Source of the DNA: Thermoanaerobaculia bacterium
Lineage (GTDB): Bacteria > Acidobacteriota > Thermoanaerobaculia > UBA5066 > Gp7-AA6
DNA: 64,000 bases
Reading direction: 5' to 3'
Assembly (NCBI GenBank): GCA_036558325.1
Contig: DATBFU010000061.1
Coordinates: 13,604 to 77,603 of the forward strand
Position 1 is the stretch's first letter; each line of letters opens with the position of its first letter. Of this stretch, positions 27,514 through 35,862 are shown in pieces. The notes under the pieces were generated by a model, which saw only the letters and a list, made by a program, of their open reading frames with translations, searched no databases and was not told where the DNA came from. Position numbers and translations under genes: made by a program.

Positions 27514-27863
27514 GTCCGCCCCGCCTCGGGCCGGAGAAAACGCATGAGGATCGCGGTGGTCCTTTCCCACTCGCCGGCCTCGCGCCGGAGCTCTCTGCGG
27601 CCCGTGCGCGTCAGCCGATAGAAGCGCGCGCGGCGGTTGTTCTCCGAGACGCCCCACTCCGAGACGACGCTCCCTTCCTGTTCGAGCTTCAGGAGCGCCG
27701 GATAGAGCGTGCCGTAGTTCAGAGACAGGCGGTCGCCGCTCGTCTGCTCGATCCGCCGGGCGATGCCGTAGCCGTGGAGCGGGCCCAGAGCCTCGAGCGT
27801 CTTCAGGATCATCAGCGCCAGCGTCCCCTGCCAGACTTCGCTCTTCTCGTCGGCGTCGGTCAT
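27510..27863 (-). CDS. PadR family transcriptional regulator
   Basis: 117 aa with a winged-helix block (LALMILKTLEALGPLHGYGIARRIE...LYPALLKLEQEG...YRLTRTGRREL). Confidence 0.9.
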   Translation of the reverse strand: MTDADEKSEVWQGTLALMILKTLEALGPLHGYGIARRIEQTSGDRLSLNYGTLYPALLKLEQEGSVVSEWGVSENNRRARFYRLTRTGRRELRREAGEWERTTAILMRFLRPEAGRT

Positions 27864-27864
27864 T

Positions 27865-27905
27865 CCTATGGCCTCCCCATAGGGATTCTTCCACGACTCC
27901 TATGG
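27865..27905. promoter_or_regulatory. CCTATGG-N5-CCATAGG inverted repeat plus a third half-site, immediately upstream of padR and enclosing its SD
   Basis: The plus strand reads ttCCTATGGcctccCCATAGGgattcttccacgactCCTATGGg. On the padR strand the 5-nt spacer is GGAGG (the SD), 8 nt before the ATG. Confidence 0.4.
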
Positions 27906-27980
27906 GATTCCAATAGCAAGACGCCGGATGGGCGCCGGAGTTTCGTCCCTTCCCGCCCCGCCGCTACAATGCGCGGCCTC

Positions 27981-28448
27981 ATGGCCCCGCCGCCCGCGAG
28001 CGCCCTCGTTCGTCCCGTCCGGCGGACCGACGCCGCGGCCTGGCTGGCGATGCGCCGGGAGCTGTGGCCCGGCGGCTCCGAGACCGAGCACGCCGAAGAG
28101 ATCGAGGAGTTCTTCTCGGGAAGGGCGCGCGAGCCGCTCGCCGTCCTGATCGCGGAGGATCCGGAGGGGAACGCCGTCGGCTTCGTCGAGCTTTCGATTC
28201 GACCCTCGGCGCACGAATGCCGGACGGATCGCGTGGGATTCCTGGAAGGCTGGTTCGTCGCCCCGGAAGCCCGCCGACGGAGCGTCGGCCGGCATCTCGT
28301 CGCGGCGGCCGAGGACTGGGCCCGCTCGCAGGGCTGCTCCGAGCTGGCCTCGGACTCCGAGGCCGGCAACACGGCCAGCGCGAAGGCCCACGCGGCCGCC
28401 GGATTCGCCGACGTCGGCCTCGTCCGCTGTTACCGAAAGGACTTGTGA
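27981..28448 (+). CDS. aminoglycoside 6'-N-acetyltransferase type I-like GNAT
   Basis: The blocks WLAMRRELWP, VGFLEGWFVAPEARRRSVG and GCSELASDS follow the pattern I recall for AAC(6')-Iy/Iz-type enzymes. An alternative in-frame ATG at 27969 overlaps the putative TACAAT box (27965-27970), so 27981 is preferred. Confidence 0.7.
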   Translation: MAPPPASALVRPVRRTDAAAWLAMRRELWPGGSETEHAEEIEEFFSGRAREPLAVLIAEDPEGNAVGFVELSIRPSAHECRTDRVGFLEGWFVAPEARRRSVGRHLVAAAEDWARSQGCSELASDSEAGNTASAKAHAAAGFADVGLVRCYRKDL

Positions 28449-28552
28449 CGCCGCGCCGAGTGGTCATGGGCGCCCGTCCCCACGTGGATATTGCAAGAGG
28501 GCGACCGCCGAAGGAGGCTTGTCGCTTCGCATCGCACGAAGGAAGGAGAGTC

Positions 28553-29092
28553 ATGAAACGCACCCTCGCCGCCGTTCTGCTTCTCGGAGGCAATGTCGGC
28601 CTCGCCGCGGCGCCGCCGCCCGCGGCCGCCCCGCCGCTCAAGGCGCTGCTGCTCGAGCAGCTCAAGATGACGCACGACGTTCAGGACTGGTTCGTCCCCG
28701 CCAAGCAGGCCGTCGCGGGCCTGACGGCGGAACAGGCGTTCTGGAAGCCGGGCAACGCGGACCACTCCGCCGCGGAGCTCGTGAGCCACCTCCTCTTCTG
28801 GGACAAGCAGCAGCTCGCCACGTTCAAGGGCGAGAAGCCGCCCGCCTACAGCGGGAAGAACGACGACACGTTCCAGATGGTGACCAAAGCGAACTGGGAC
28901 GCCTCCGTGCGGGAGCTCGACGCCGTGATGACGGAGTGGGAAAAGGCCGTCGAGGCCGCCGACGACGCGAAGCTGCAGAAGAACGCTTCAACGATCGCGC
29001 ACATCGCCGCGCACAACGCGTACCACACGGGGCAGATCCTGTACGTCCGGAAGCAGCAGGGCTCCTGGGACGCGGCCAAGGGCGTGCACTAG
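28553..29092 (+). CDS. DinB family protein with N-terminal signal-like segment
   Basis: The ATG at 28553 follows GGAAGGAGAG. DinB helices are present (AELVSHLLFWD, IAHIAAHNAYHTGQILYVRK), with a hydrophobic N-terminus MKRTLAAVLLLGGNVGLAAA. Confidence 0.8.
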   Translation: MKRTLAAVLLLGGNVGLAAAPPPAAAPPLKALLLEQLKMTHDVQDWFVPAKQAVAGLTAEQAFWKPGNADHSAAELVSHLLFWDKQQLATFKGEKPPAYSGKNDDTFQMVTKANWDASVRELDAVMTEWEKAVEAADDAKLQKNASTIAHIAAHNAYHTGQILYVRKQQGSWDAAKGVH

Positions 29093-29132
29093 AGCCGAAC
29101 CGCCGAGCTCCGAGCCGATACCGGCGGCACAT

Positions 29133-29138
29133 TAGAAT
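29133..29138 (+). promoter_or_regulatory. candidate -10 box TAGAAT upstream of kinase 1
   Basis: The sequence is cacatTAGAATctccggacaacgaATG. The box lies 13 nt upstream of the start codon at 29152 and no SD is present. Confidence 0.3.
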
Positions 29139-29151
29139 CTCCGGACAACGA

Positions 29152-31737
29152 ATGGCCCTACCGCCGGGATCGCGCCTCGGCCCGTACGAAATTCTGGCGC
29201 CACTGGGCGCCGGCGGGATGGGAGAAGTTTATCGAGCCAAGGACCCGCGCCTCGGACGAGAGGTCGCCATCAAGGTCCTCCCCTCCTCATTCTCCGCCGA
29301 CCCGGACCGTCTGCGCCGCTTCGAGCAGGAGGCGCGCGCCGCCGGCATCCTGAACCACCCGAACATCACGGCCGTTTACGACATTGGAGCGGACGCAGGG
29401 AACGGCGCGCCTTACGTCGTCTCGGAGCTCCTCGAGGGAGAGACGCTGCGCTCGGCGCTCGCCGGAGGCCGGCTCTCGGCGCGCCGCGCGACCGACTACG
29501 CGCTCCAGATCGCGCACGGCCTGGCGGCGGCGCACGAGAAGGGGATCGTCCACCGGGACCTGAAGCCCGAGAACCTCTTCGTCACGAAGGACGGCCGCGT
29601 CAAAATTCTCGACTTCGGGCTCGCGAAGCTCACCCACCAGGAGGAGGGCTCGCAGGCGACGAACCTCCCGACCGCGACGGCGGGGACCGAACCCGGCGTC
29701 GTCCTTGGAACGCTCGGATACATGGCGCCCGAGCAGGTGCGCGGCCGGCCCGCCGACGCGCGGAGCGATCTCTTCTCCTTCGGCGCGATCCTCTACGAGA
29801 TGTTGTCGGGCCGGCGCGCCTTTCACGGCGACTCGGCCGCGGACACGATGTCGGCGATCCTCCGCGAAGACCCGCCGGACCTCTCGGCGACGAACCAGGC
29901 CGTCTCGCCGGGGCTCGAGCGGATCGTGCGGCACTGTCTCGAAAAGAACCCCGAGCAGCGCTTCCACTCCGCCCACGACGTGGCCTTCGCGCTCGAGGCG
30001 CTGACCGGAATCTCGTCGCCGAGCGCCGCGGGCGCGGTCGGCGCGCTCCGGAAACCGCCGGCGCGGATCGGAGGCCTTCGCGCGGGAGTCCTCGGCGCGG
30101 CGGCCGTCGCCGCCGGGATCGCCGCCGGCCACTTCCTCTGGCGACCCGCGAAACCGGCCGCGCCGACGTACCGCCGTCTCACGTTCCGCCGCGGCAACAT
30201 CGGGACGGCGCGCTTCGCGCCGGACGGGCAGAGCATCGTGTACGGCGCCTCCTTCGAAGGCCAGCCGATCGAGATCTACACGACGCGGCTCGAGGGACCG
30301 GAATCGACGCCGATCGGCTCGAAGAGCGCCGACCTGTACGGCGTCTCCCCTTCGGGCGATCTCGCGATCTCGCTGCGCGAGCGGTTCCAGGCCGGTCCGG
30401 CGGGGCCAGGCACGCTCGCCACGATGCCGCTCGGCGGAGGCGCGCCGCGGCAACTGGCCGAGTTCGTCGAGCGCGCCGACTGGACGCCCGACGGGAAACA
30501 GCTCGCGGTCGTTCGCTTCGCCGAAGGAAAGTACCGCGTCGAGCTGCCGCCCGGAAAGGCGATCTACTCCACCGAGCAAACGATCCGCTTCCTCCGGATG
30601 TCGCCGAAGGGCGACCGGTTCGCGATAATTCAGCGAGCGCCTCCTTATCTCGCGCTCGTCGTCATCGATCTCGCCGGAAAGGCCCGGGCTCTCGTCCCGG
30701 GCGGAGTCCAGGGCCAGGGGCTCGCCTGGAGCCCCTCCGGCGAGGAGATTTTCTTCGACGACCGCGGCGAGCGCGGACAGTTCCTGATCAAGGCCGTCGA
30801 CCTGGAGGGACGCGTGCGGACGCTCGAAAGTTCCCCCGTCGGAATGATCGTGCACGACGTCGCGAAGGATGGGCGGATCCTGGTCGAGCGATACGAGAGC
30901 CAGCCGGGAATCCAGGCCCTTCCGCCGGGCGGGTCGTCCGAGCGCGAGTTTTCGTGGTTCGACGGATCCCGCCTCGCCGGCCTGTCCGACGACGGACGGC
31001 TCCTTCTCATCAACGAGATCGGGGACGCCGCCGGCCGCGACGGAGCGCACTACCTGCGCGCGACCGACGGTTCGCCGGCCGTCAAGCTCGGCGAAGGCGG
31101 GGCCACCGCGCTCTCGGCCGACGGCAAGTGGGTTCTCTCCCGCGCGCCGGGCTCCAAGAACAATTTCGTTCTCCAGCCGACGGGAACCGGGCCGTCGCTG
31201 ACCATCGAGGAGTCTTCGTTCGAGCGCGTTTCCGACGAGACGCTCTTCCCGGACGGCAAGCGCCTTCTCCTTCTCGCTGCGGAGCCCGGAAAACCGCGAC
31301 GCCTCTACGTGCAGGATCTGCCCTCCGGCAATCCCCGAGCGATCGCGGACCGCGCCTACGGATTTTCCCCCGGGAGCGTCTCGCCGGACGGCCTCTGGGT
31401 TATCGCGTACGGCGAATGGACGGAGGACGCGTTCCTCCTGCCCACTTCGGGCGGGCCCGCCCGCGCGATCCCCGACACGAAGGGTCTCGACTTGATCCGT
31501 TGGTCGCCCGACGGCAAGTCGCTCTTCTTCGCCGTCATCGGAAGCATTCCGGCCGAGATCGTGCGCGTGGACCGCGACACGGGACGCCGCGAGCCCTGGA
31601 AGTCGCTCGCGCCTCCGGAGCGCTCGGGCTTGATCGAGATCTTTCCGATCTTCCTGGCCGCGGACGCCCGGTCGTACGCCTACGGCTTCGGGCGCGCCGG
31701 GACGTCGGACCTCTATCTCATCAGCGGCCTCCACTGA
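29152..31737 (+). CDS. receptor Ser/Thr protein kinase: Hanks kinase domain, one TM helix, TolB-like (PD40) beta-propeller ectodomain
   Basis: Kinase motifs are GAGGMGEVY, AIK, HRDLKPEN, DFGLAK and GTLGYMAPE. The TM helix is around GVLGAAAVAAGIAAGHFLW. C-terminal repeats of the xPDG type follow (FAPDGQS, WTPDGKQ, SPSGEE, FPDGKR, SPDGLW, SPDGKS). Confidence 0.9.
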   Translation: MALPPGSRLGPYEILAPLGAGGMGEVYRAKDPRLGREVAIKVLPSSFSADPDRLRRFEQEARAAGILNHPNITAVYDIGADAGNGAPYVVSELLEGETLRSALAGGRLSARRATDYALQIAHGLAAAHEKGIVHRDLKPENLFVTKDGRVKILDFGLAKLTHQEEGSQATNLPTATAGTEPGVVLGTLGYMAPEQVRGRPADARSDLFSFGAILYEMLSGRRAFHGDSAADTMSAILREDPPDLSATNQAVSPGLERIVRHCLEKNPEQRFHSAHDVAFALEALTGISSPSAAGAVGALRKPPARIGGLRAGVLGAAAVAAGIAAGHFLWRPAKPAAPTYRRLTFRRGNIGTARFAPDGQSIVYGASFEGQPIEIYTTRLEGPESTPIGSKSADLYGVSPSGDLAISLRERFQAGPAGPGTLATMPLGGGAPRQLAEFVERADWTPDGKQLAVVRFAEGKYRVELPPGKAIYSTEQTIRFLRMSPKGDRFAIIQRAPPYLALVVIDLAGKARALVPGGVQGQGLAWSPSGEEIFFDDRGERGQFLIKAVDLEGRVRTLESSPVGMIVHDVAKDGRILVERYESQPGIQALPPGGSSEREFSWFDGSRLAGLSDDGRLLLINEIGDAAGRDGAHYLRATDGSPAVKLGEGGATALSADGKWVLSRAPGSKNNFVLQPTGTGPSLTIEESSFERVSDETLFPDGKRLLLLAAEPGKPRRLYVQDLPSGNPRAIADRAYGFSPGSVSPDGLWVIAYGEWTEDAFLLPTSGGPARAIPDTKGLDLIRWSPDGKSLFFAVIGSIPAEIVRVDRDTGRREPWKSLAPPERSGLIEIFPIFLAADARSYAYGFGRAGTSDLYLISGLH

Positions 31738-31753
31738 GCCGAAAGGATCGCCG

Positions 31754-33178
31754 ATGGCCCTCGAGCGCGCGCTCAAGACCCGCGACATCGTGCTCTTCAA
31801 CGTGGCCGCCATCGTCGGCATGCGCTGGATCGCGCTCGCGGCGGCCAACGGCCCCTCGTCGCTCTTTCTCTGGGTGCTCGCGGCGCTCGTCTTCTTCATT
31901 CCTCAGGGATTCGCCGTCACCGCGCTCTCCTCGGCGATCCCGCAGGAAGGCGGCCTCTACGTCTGGACGTCGCGCGCCTTCGGCGAACGGCAGGGATTCC
32001 TGGCGGGCTGGCTCTACTGGGCCTCGAACATCACGTACTTCCCCACTCTGACCCTCTCGACGGTCGTTTTCGCGCTCTACGTCTTCGGCACGCGCTTCGC
32101 CGCGCTCGAGCAGAGCCCCGCCTACGCGGCCGGCGCGTCGCTCGCGCTCCTGGCAATCGCGCTCTTCTTCAACATCGTCGGAATGAGGACGGGCAAGTGG
32201 GTGCAGAACATCGGCGGCCTCGCGCAGTGGCTGCCCTCGGCCGCGCTGCTTCTCGTCGGCCTCGTCGCGCTCTTGCGATCCGGCTCCGCGACGCCGATCA
32301 CCGCCGCGTCGCTCGTGCCGAATTTCGCCGCGCTGCCGACGGTCCTCTTCTTCGCGAACCTCTGTTTCGGCTTCGCGGGGCTCGAGCTCGCGCCGACGAT
32401 GGCGGACGAGTGCGTCGATCCCTGTCGGACCTTTCCGAGGGCGATCACGATCTCCGGGCTGTCGATCGCGGCCTGCTATCTGACCGGGACGATCTCGCTT
32501 CTTTGGGCCCTCCCGAGGAGCGAGATCTCGATCATCTCCGGCGTCAACCAGGCGATCACAAAGGCGGGAGCGGCGCACGGTCTTCCGTGGCTCGGGGCGC
32601 CGATCGCGCTTCTCATGACGCTCGCGGGCCTCGGCGGCGTCGGCGCCTGGCTCATCGCGACGGCGCGTCTCCTCTTCGTCGGCGGCCTCGACCGCTACCT
32701 GCCGCCCGTCTTCGCGAAAACGCATCCGCGCTGGAAGACGCCGTGGTTCGCGATGGCCTTCCAGGCGGCCTTCTCCGCGATCTTCATCGTCGCCGCGACG
32801 CAGGGGGACACCGTCAAGGGCGCGTATCTCAAGCTCGTCAACGCGACGCTGATCGTCTACTTCATCCCTTACCTGTACATGTTCGCGTCGGCCATGCGGC
32901 TGCGGCGCGAGATCGCGGGGAATCCCGAAGCGGTGCCGGTGCCCGGGGGGCGTGTGGGCAGTGTCTTCTGGAACGGTCTCGGGTTCCTGACGACGGCGGT
33001 CTCGATCGTTCTCGCGCTCATCCCCCCGGCCGACACCGCGAACCGTACCTCCTGGTTTCTTCAGGTGTTCATCGGTTCTTTCGGATTCCTCGGCGCGGGG
33101 CTCGTCCTCTACGCGCTCGCCGAGCGCCGGCGGAAGCGGACCGGCAATGCGCCGGTCGAGATGAGTCCGGCCTCATGA
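31754..33178 (+). CDS. APC superfamily amino-acid permease
   Basis: 474 aa with about 12 hydrophobic segments. The N-terminal APC block is RDIVLFNVAAIVGMRWIALAA...IPQEGGLYVW. Its stop overlaps the start of kinase 2 (ATGA). Confidence 0.9.
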   Translation: MALERALKTRDIVLFNVAAIVGMRWIALAAANGPSSLFLWVLAALVFFIPQGFAVTALSSAIPQEGGLYVWTSRAFGERQGFLAGWLYWASNITYFPTLTLSTVVFALYVFGTRFAALEQSPAYAAGASLALLAIALFFNIVGMRTGKWVQNIGGLAQWLPSAALLLVGLVALLRSGSATPITAASLVPNFAALPTVLFFANLCFGFAGLELAPTMADECVDPCRTFPRAITISGLSIAACYLTGTISLLWALPRSEISIISGVNQAITKAGAAHGLPWLGAPIALLMTLAGLGGVGAWLIATARLLFVGGLDRYLPPVFAKTHPRWKTPWFAMAFQAAFSAIFIVAATQGDTVKGAYLKLVNATLIVYFIPYLYMFASAMRLRREIAGNPEAVPVPGGRVGSVFWNGLGFLTTAVSIVLALIPPADTANRTSWFLQVFIGSFGFLGAGLVLYALAERRRKRTGNAPVEMSPAS

Positions 33179-35841
33179 CGCTCGCCGAAGGCTCCCGCCT
33201 CGGTCCCTACGAGATCCTCGCGCCATTGGGCGCGGGCGGAATGGGAGAGGTCTACCGGGCGCGCGATCCCCGGCTCGCGCGCGACGTGGCGATCAAGGTC
33301 CTGCCCGCCTCGATCTCCAACGACCCGGACCGCCTTCGCCGCTTCGAGCAAGAAGCCAGGGCGGCCGGAATGCTCAATCACCCGAACATCACCGCCGTTT
33401 ACGACCTCGGAACGAACGAAACCGACGGCGCGCCATACGTCGTTCAGGAGCTGCTCGAGGGCGAAACTCTGCGAATGGCGCTCGCGGGAGGACGGCTTCC
33501 GCAGCGGCGCGCTGTCGAGAATGCGGTCGAGATCGCGCGCGGTCTCGCGGCGGCGCACGACAAAGGCATCGTCCACCGGGACTTGAAGCCCGAGAACGTC
33601 TTCGTAACGAGCGACGGGCGCATCAAGATCCTGGATTTCGGCCTCGCGAAGCTGACACAGCCGGAAGCCGGAGGCGCCACAAACATTCCGACGGTGGCTC
33701 CCGGCACCGAGCCCGGCGTCGTGCTCGGGACTCTCGGCTACATGTCTCCCGAGCAGGTTCGCGGCCGCCCGGCCGACACGCGCTCGGACATCTTCGCGCT
33801 CGGCGCGATCCTCTACGAGATGCTCTCGGGAAAGCGCGCCTTCCACGGCGACTCCGCCGCCGACACGATGTCCGCGATCCTGAAGGAAGATCCGCCGGAC
33901 CTGTCGGTGACCGGCCAGACACTCTCGCCGGGGCTCGACCGGATCCTGCGACACTGCCTCGAGAAGAATCCCGATCGCCGGCTCCGCTCCGCGCACGACC
34001 TCGCGTTCGAGCTCGAGTCGTTTTCGACAGTCTCCGGGGCGACCGCCGTGGCGCCACCGCCCACCCGCGATCGCGTCCCATGGCTTCGGGCGGCGCTCGT
34101 CGGCGCGGGACTCCTCGCCGTCGCCGCGGCGGCGTTTTTCGCGGGAAGACGCGGCGTTTCCTCCGCGGGCTCGGGAACGTCCTCCACGATCACGACCTAC
34201 AGCCGGCTGACGAGCCTCGGCGGCAGCGAATCGAGCCCTTCTCTCTCGCCCGACGGCAAGGACATCGCCTTCGTCCGCCAGCCTTCGGGGAAGCTCGAGA
34301 TCTGGGTGCAGCGCGCCGGCAGCCGAAAGCCCACGAATCTGACCGCGGATTGCGACAAGGACAGCTACGCTCCGGCCTTCTCGCCCGACGGCAACCTCAT
34401 CGCCTACGGATCGGCCTGCGGAGGCGGCGGGATCTTCCTCATGGGCGCGACGGGAGAGAACGTCCGGAAGCTCACGAACGTCGGGAACGATCCGGCCTGG
34501 ACTCCCGATGGGAAGAGCCTCGTCTACACGACGGAGATCGGCTGGACCCCCTACGGCCGCTCGATTACGAGCGAGCTCTGGACCGTCGACGTCTCGACGG
34601 GCGCGACGAAGCGGCTCTTCGCCGGCGACGCCGTGCAGGCGAGCGTCTCGCCGCACGGCCTGCGCGTCGCCTACTGGGGTCTTCCGTACCACGGAAGCCA
34701 GCGCGACGTGTGGACGGTTCCCCTGAAGGGCCTCGCCGCCGGAGAAAAGCCGACGGCGGTGACCAACGACTCGGCCGTCGACTGGAATCCCGTCTGGTCG
34801 CCCGACGGAAAGTTCCTCTGGTTCCTGAGCAACCGCAACGGGTCGATGAATCTCTGGCGAGTGCCGATCGACGAACGGACCGGAAAGACGCTCGGACCGC
34901 CCGAGCCGGAGACTCTGCCCGCGGCCGACGTCGGCGGGCTCTCGCTCTCCCGGGACGGAAAGCGGCTTGCTTACGTCGTCGTCGACGAGACGTTCTCCTT
35001 GCTGCGCGCCACTCTCGACCGATCGGCCGGCATGATTTCGGGAGCGCCGGCCGAAGCCCTGCAAACCGCGCAGCGAATCTCCAACCCGGTGATCTCCCCC
35101 GACGGGCAGTGGATCGCTTTCGACACGATCGGGACGGCGCAGGAGGATCTCTTCCTGATGCATCCCGACGGGTCCGGGCTCCGGCAGCTCACGGACGACG
35201 CGCCGCGCGACCGCCTCGCATCGTTCTCGCCGGACAGCCAGCGCCTCGTGTTCATGTCGGACCGAGGCGGTCAATGGAACCTCTGGACGATTCGCCTGGA
35301 CGGCAGCGGCCTCTCCCAGCTGTCACGGATACCGGAGTCGGTCTTTACTCCCTTGTGGTCCCGGGAGGGCCGGACGATCGCGGCGAGCACGGGCCAGGAC
35401 GTCCTGCTCCTGGCGCTCGACGAGAAAGGCGATGCCGTCCGCGCGACGACGAAAGTCCCGCGGCCGCCCGACAACCTCTCGGTCCTCGGGCTCGGCTGGA
35501 TGCCGGACGGCCGCCTGCTCGCAGCCCTGACCCGCCCGGATTTCTCCTTCGAGCGGCTCGGCCTCTATTCCCCGGCGAACGGAAAATGGGAACCGGCCCC
35601 TCTCTTGCCGCGCCTGTCCGGAATCGCGGGCGCCCTTCCGGTCGACGCCGTCGGCGGATATCTGCTCGCCGTCGGCCCGGACGGACTTTATGGAGCGCCG
35701 CTCTCCGCGCCGAGCGCCAGGCTCCTCCTGCCGAATCCGCGGACCGGAGTCTACTCAGGAGTCATGGCGGCCCCCGGCGACGCGGTGTACCTGCTGCAGG
35801 TGCACAACAATGCCGACATCTGGCAGGCCGTCCTGCCCTGA
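33175..35841 (+). CDS. receptor Ser/Thr protein kinase paralogue with a divergent TolB-like beta-propeller ectodomain
   Basis: It has the same kinase motifs as 29152..31737, and long stretches are identical (SRLGPYEILAPLGAGGMGEVYRA, DPDRLRRFEQEARAAG, GIVHRDLKPEN, KILDFGLAKLT). A TM helix is followed by SPDGKD/SPDGNL/TPDGKS/SPDGKF/SPDGQW/SPDSQR blades. Confidence 0.9.
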   Translation: MTLAEGSRLGPYEILAPLGAGGMGEVYRARDPRLARDVAIKVLPASISNDPDRLRRFEQEARAAGMLNHPNITAVYDLGTNETDGAPYVVQELLEGETLRMALAGGRLPQRRAVENAVEIARGLAAAHDKGIVHRDLKPENVFVTSDGRIKILDFGLAKLTQPEAGGATNIPTVAPGTEPGVVLGTLGYMSPEQVRGRPADTRSDIFALGAILYEMLSGKRAFHGDSAADTMSAILKEDPPDLSVTGQTLSPGLDRILRHCLEKNPDRRLRSAHDLAFELESFSTVSGATAVAPPPTRDRVPWLRAALVGAGLLAVAAAAFFAGRRGVSSAGSGTSSTITTYSRLTSLGGSESSPSLSPDGKDIAFVRQPSGKLEIWVQRAGSRKPTNLTADCDKDSYAPAFSPDGNLIAYGSACGGGGIFLMGATGENVRKLTNVGNDPAWTPDGKSLVYTTEIGWTPYGRSITSELWTVDVSTGATKRLFAGDAVQASVSPHGLRVAYWGLPYHGSQRDVWTVPLKGLAAGEKPTAVTNDSAVDWNPVWSPDGKFLWFLSNRNGSMNLWRVPIDERTGKTLGPPEPETLPAADVGGLSLSRDGKRLAYVVVDETFSLLRATLDRSAGMISGAPAEALQTAQRISNPVISPDGQWIAFDTIGTAQEDLFLMHPDGSGLRQLTDDAPRDRLASFSPDSQRLVFMSDRGGQWNLWTIRLDGSGLSQLSRIPESVFTPLWSREGRTIAASTGQDVLLLALDEKGDAVRATTKVPRPPDNLSVLGLGWMPDGRLLAALTRPDFSFERLGLYSPANGKWEPAPLLPRLSGIAGALPVDAVGGYLLAVGPDGLYGAPLSAPSARLLLPNPRTGVYSGVMAAPGDAVYLLQVHNNADIWQAVLP

Positions 35842-35862
35842 GGAGACCGTGCGAGCCGGGAC

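Noticed and set aside
27965-28448. Acquired resistance cassette or integron-borne aac(6')
   Set aside because: There is no attC-like site, integrase or IS element, and no visible GC shift relative to the neighbours. It is more likely an intrinsic chromosomal GNAT.
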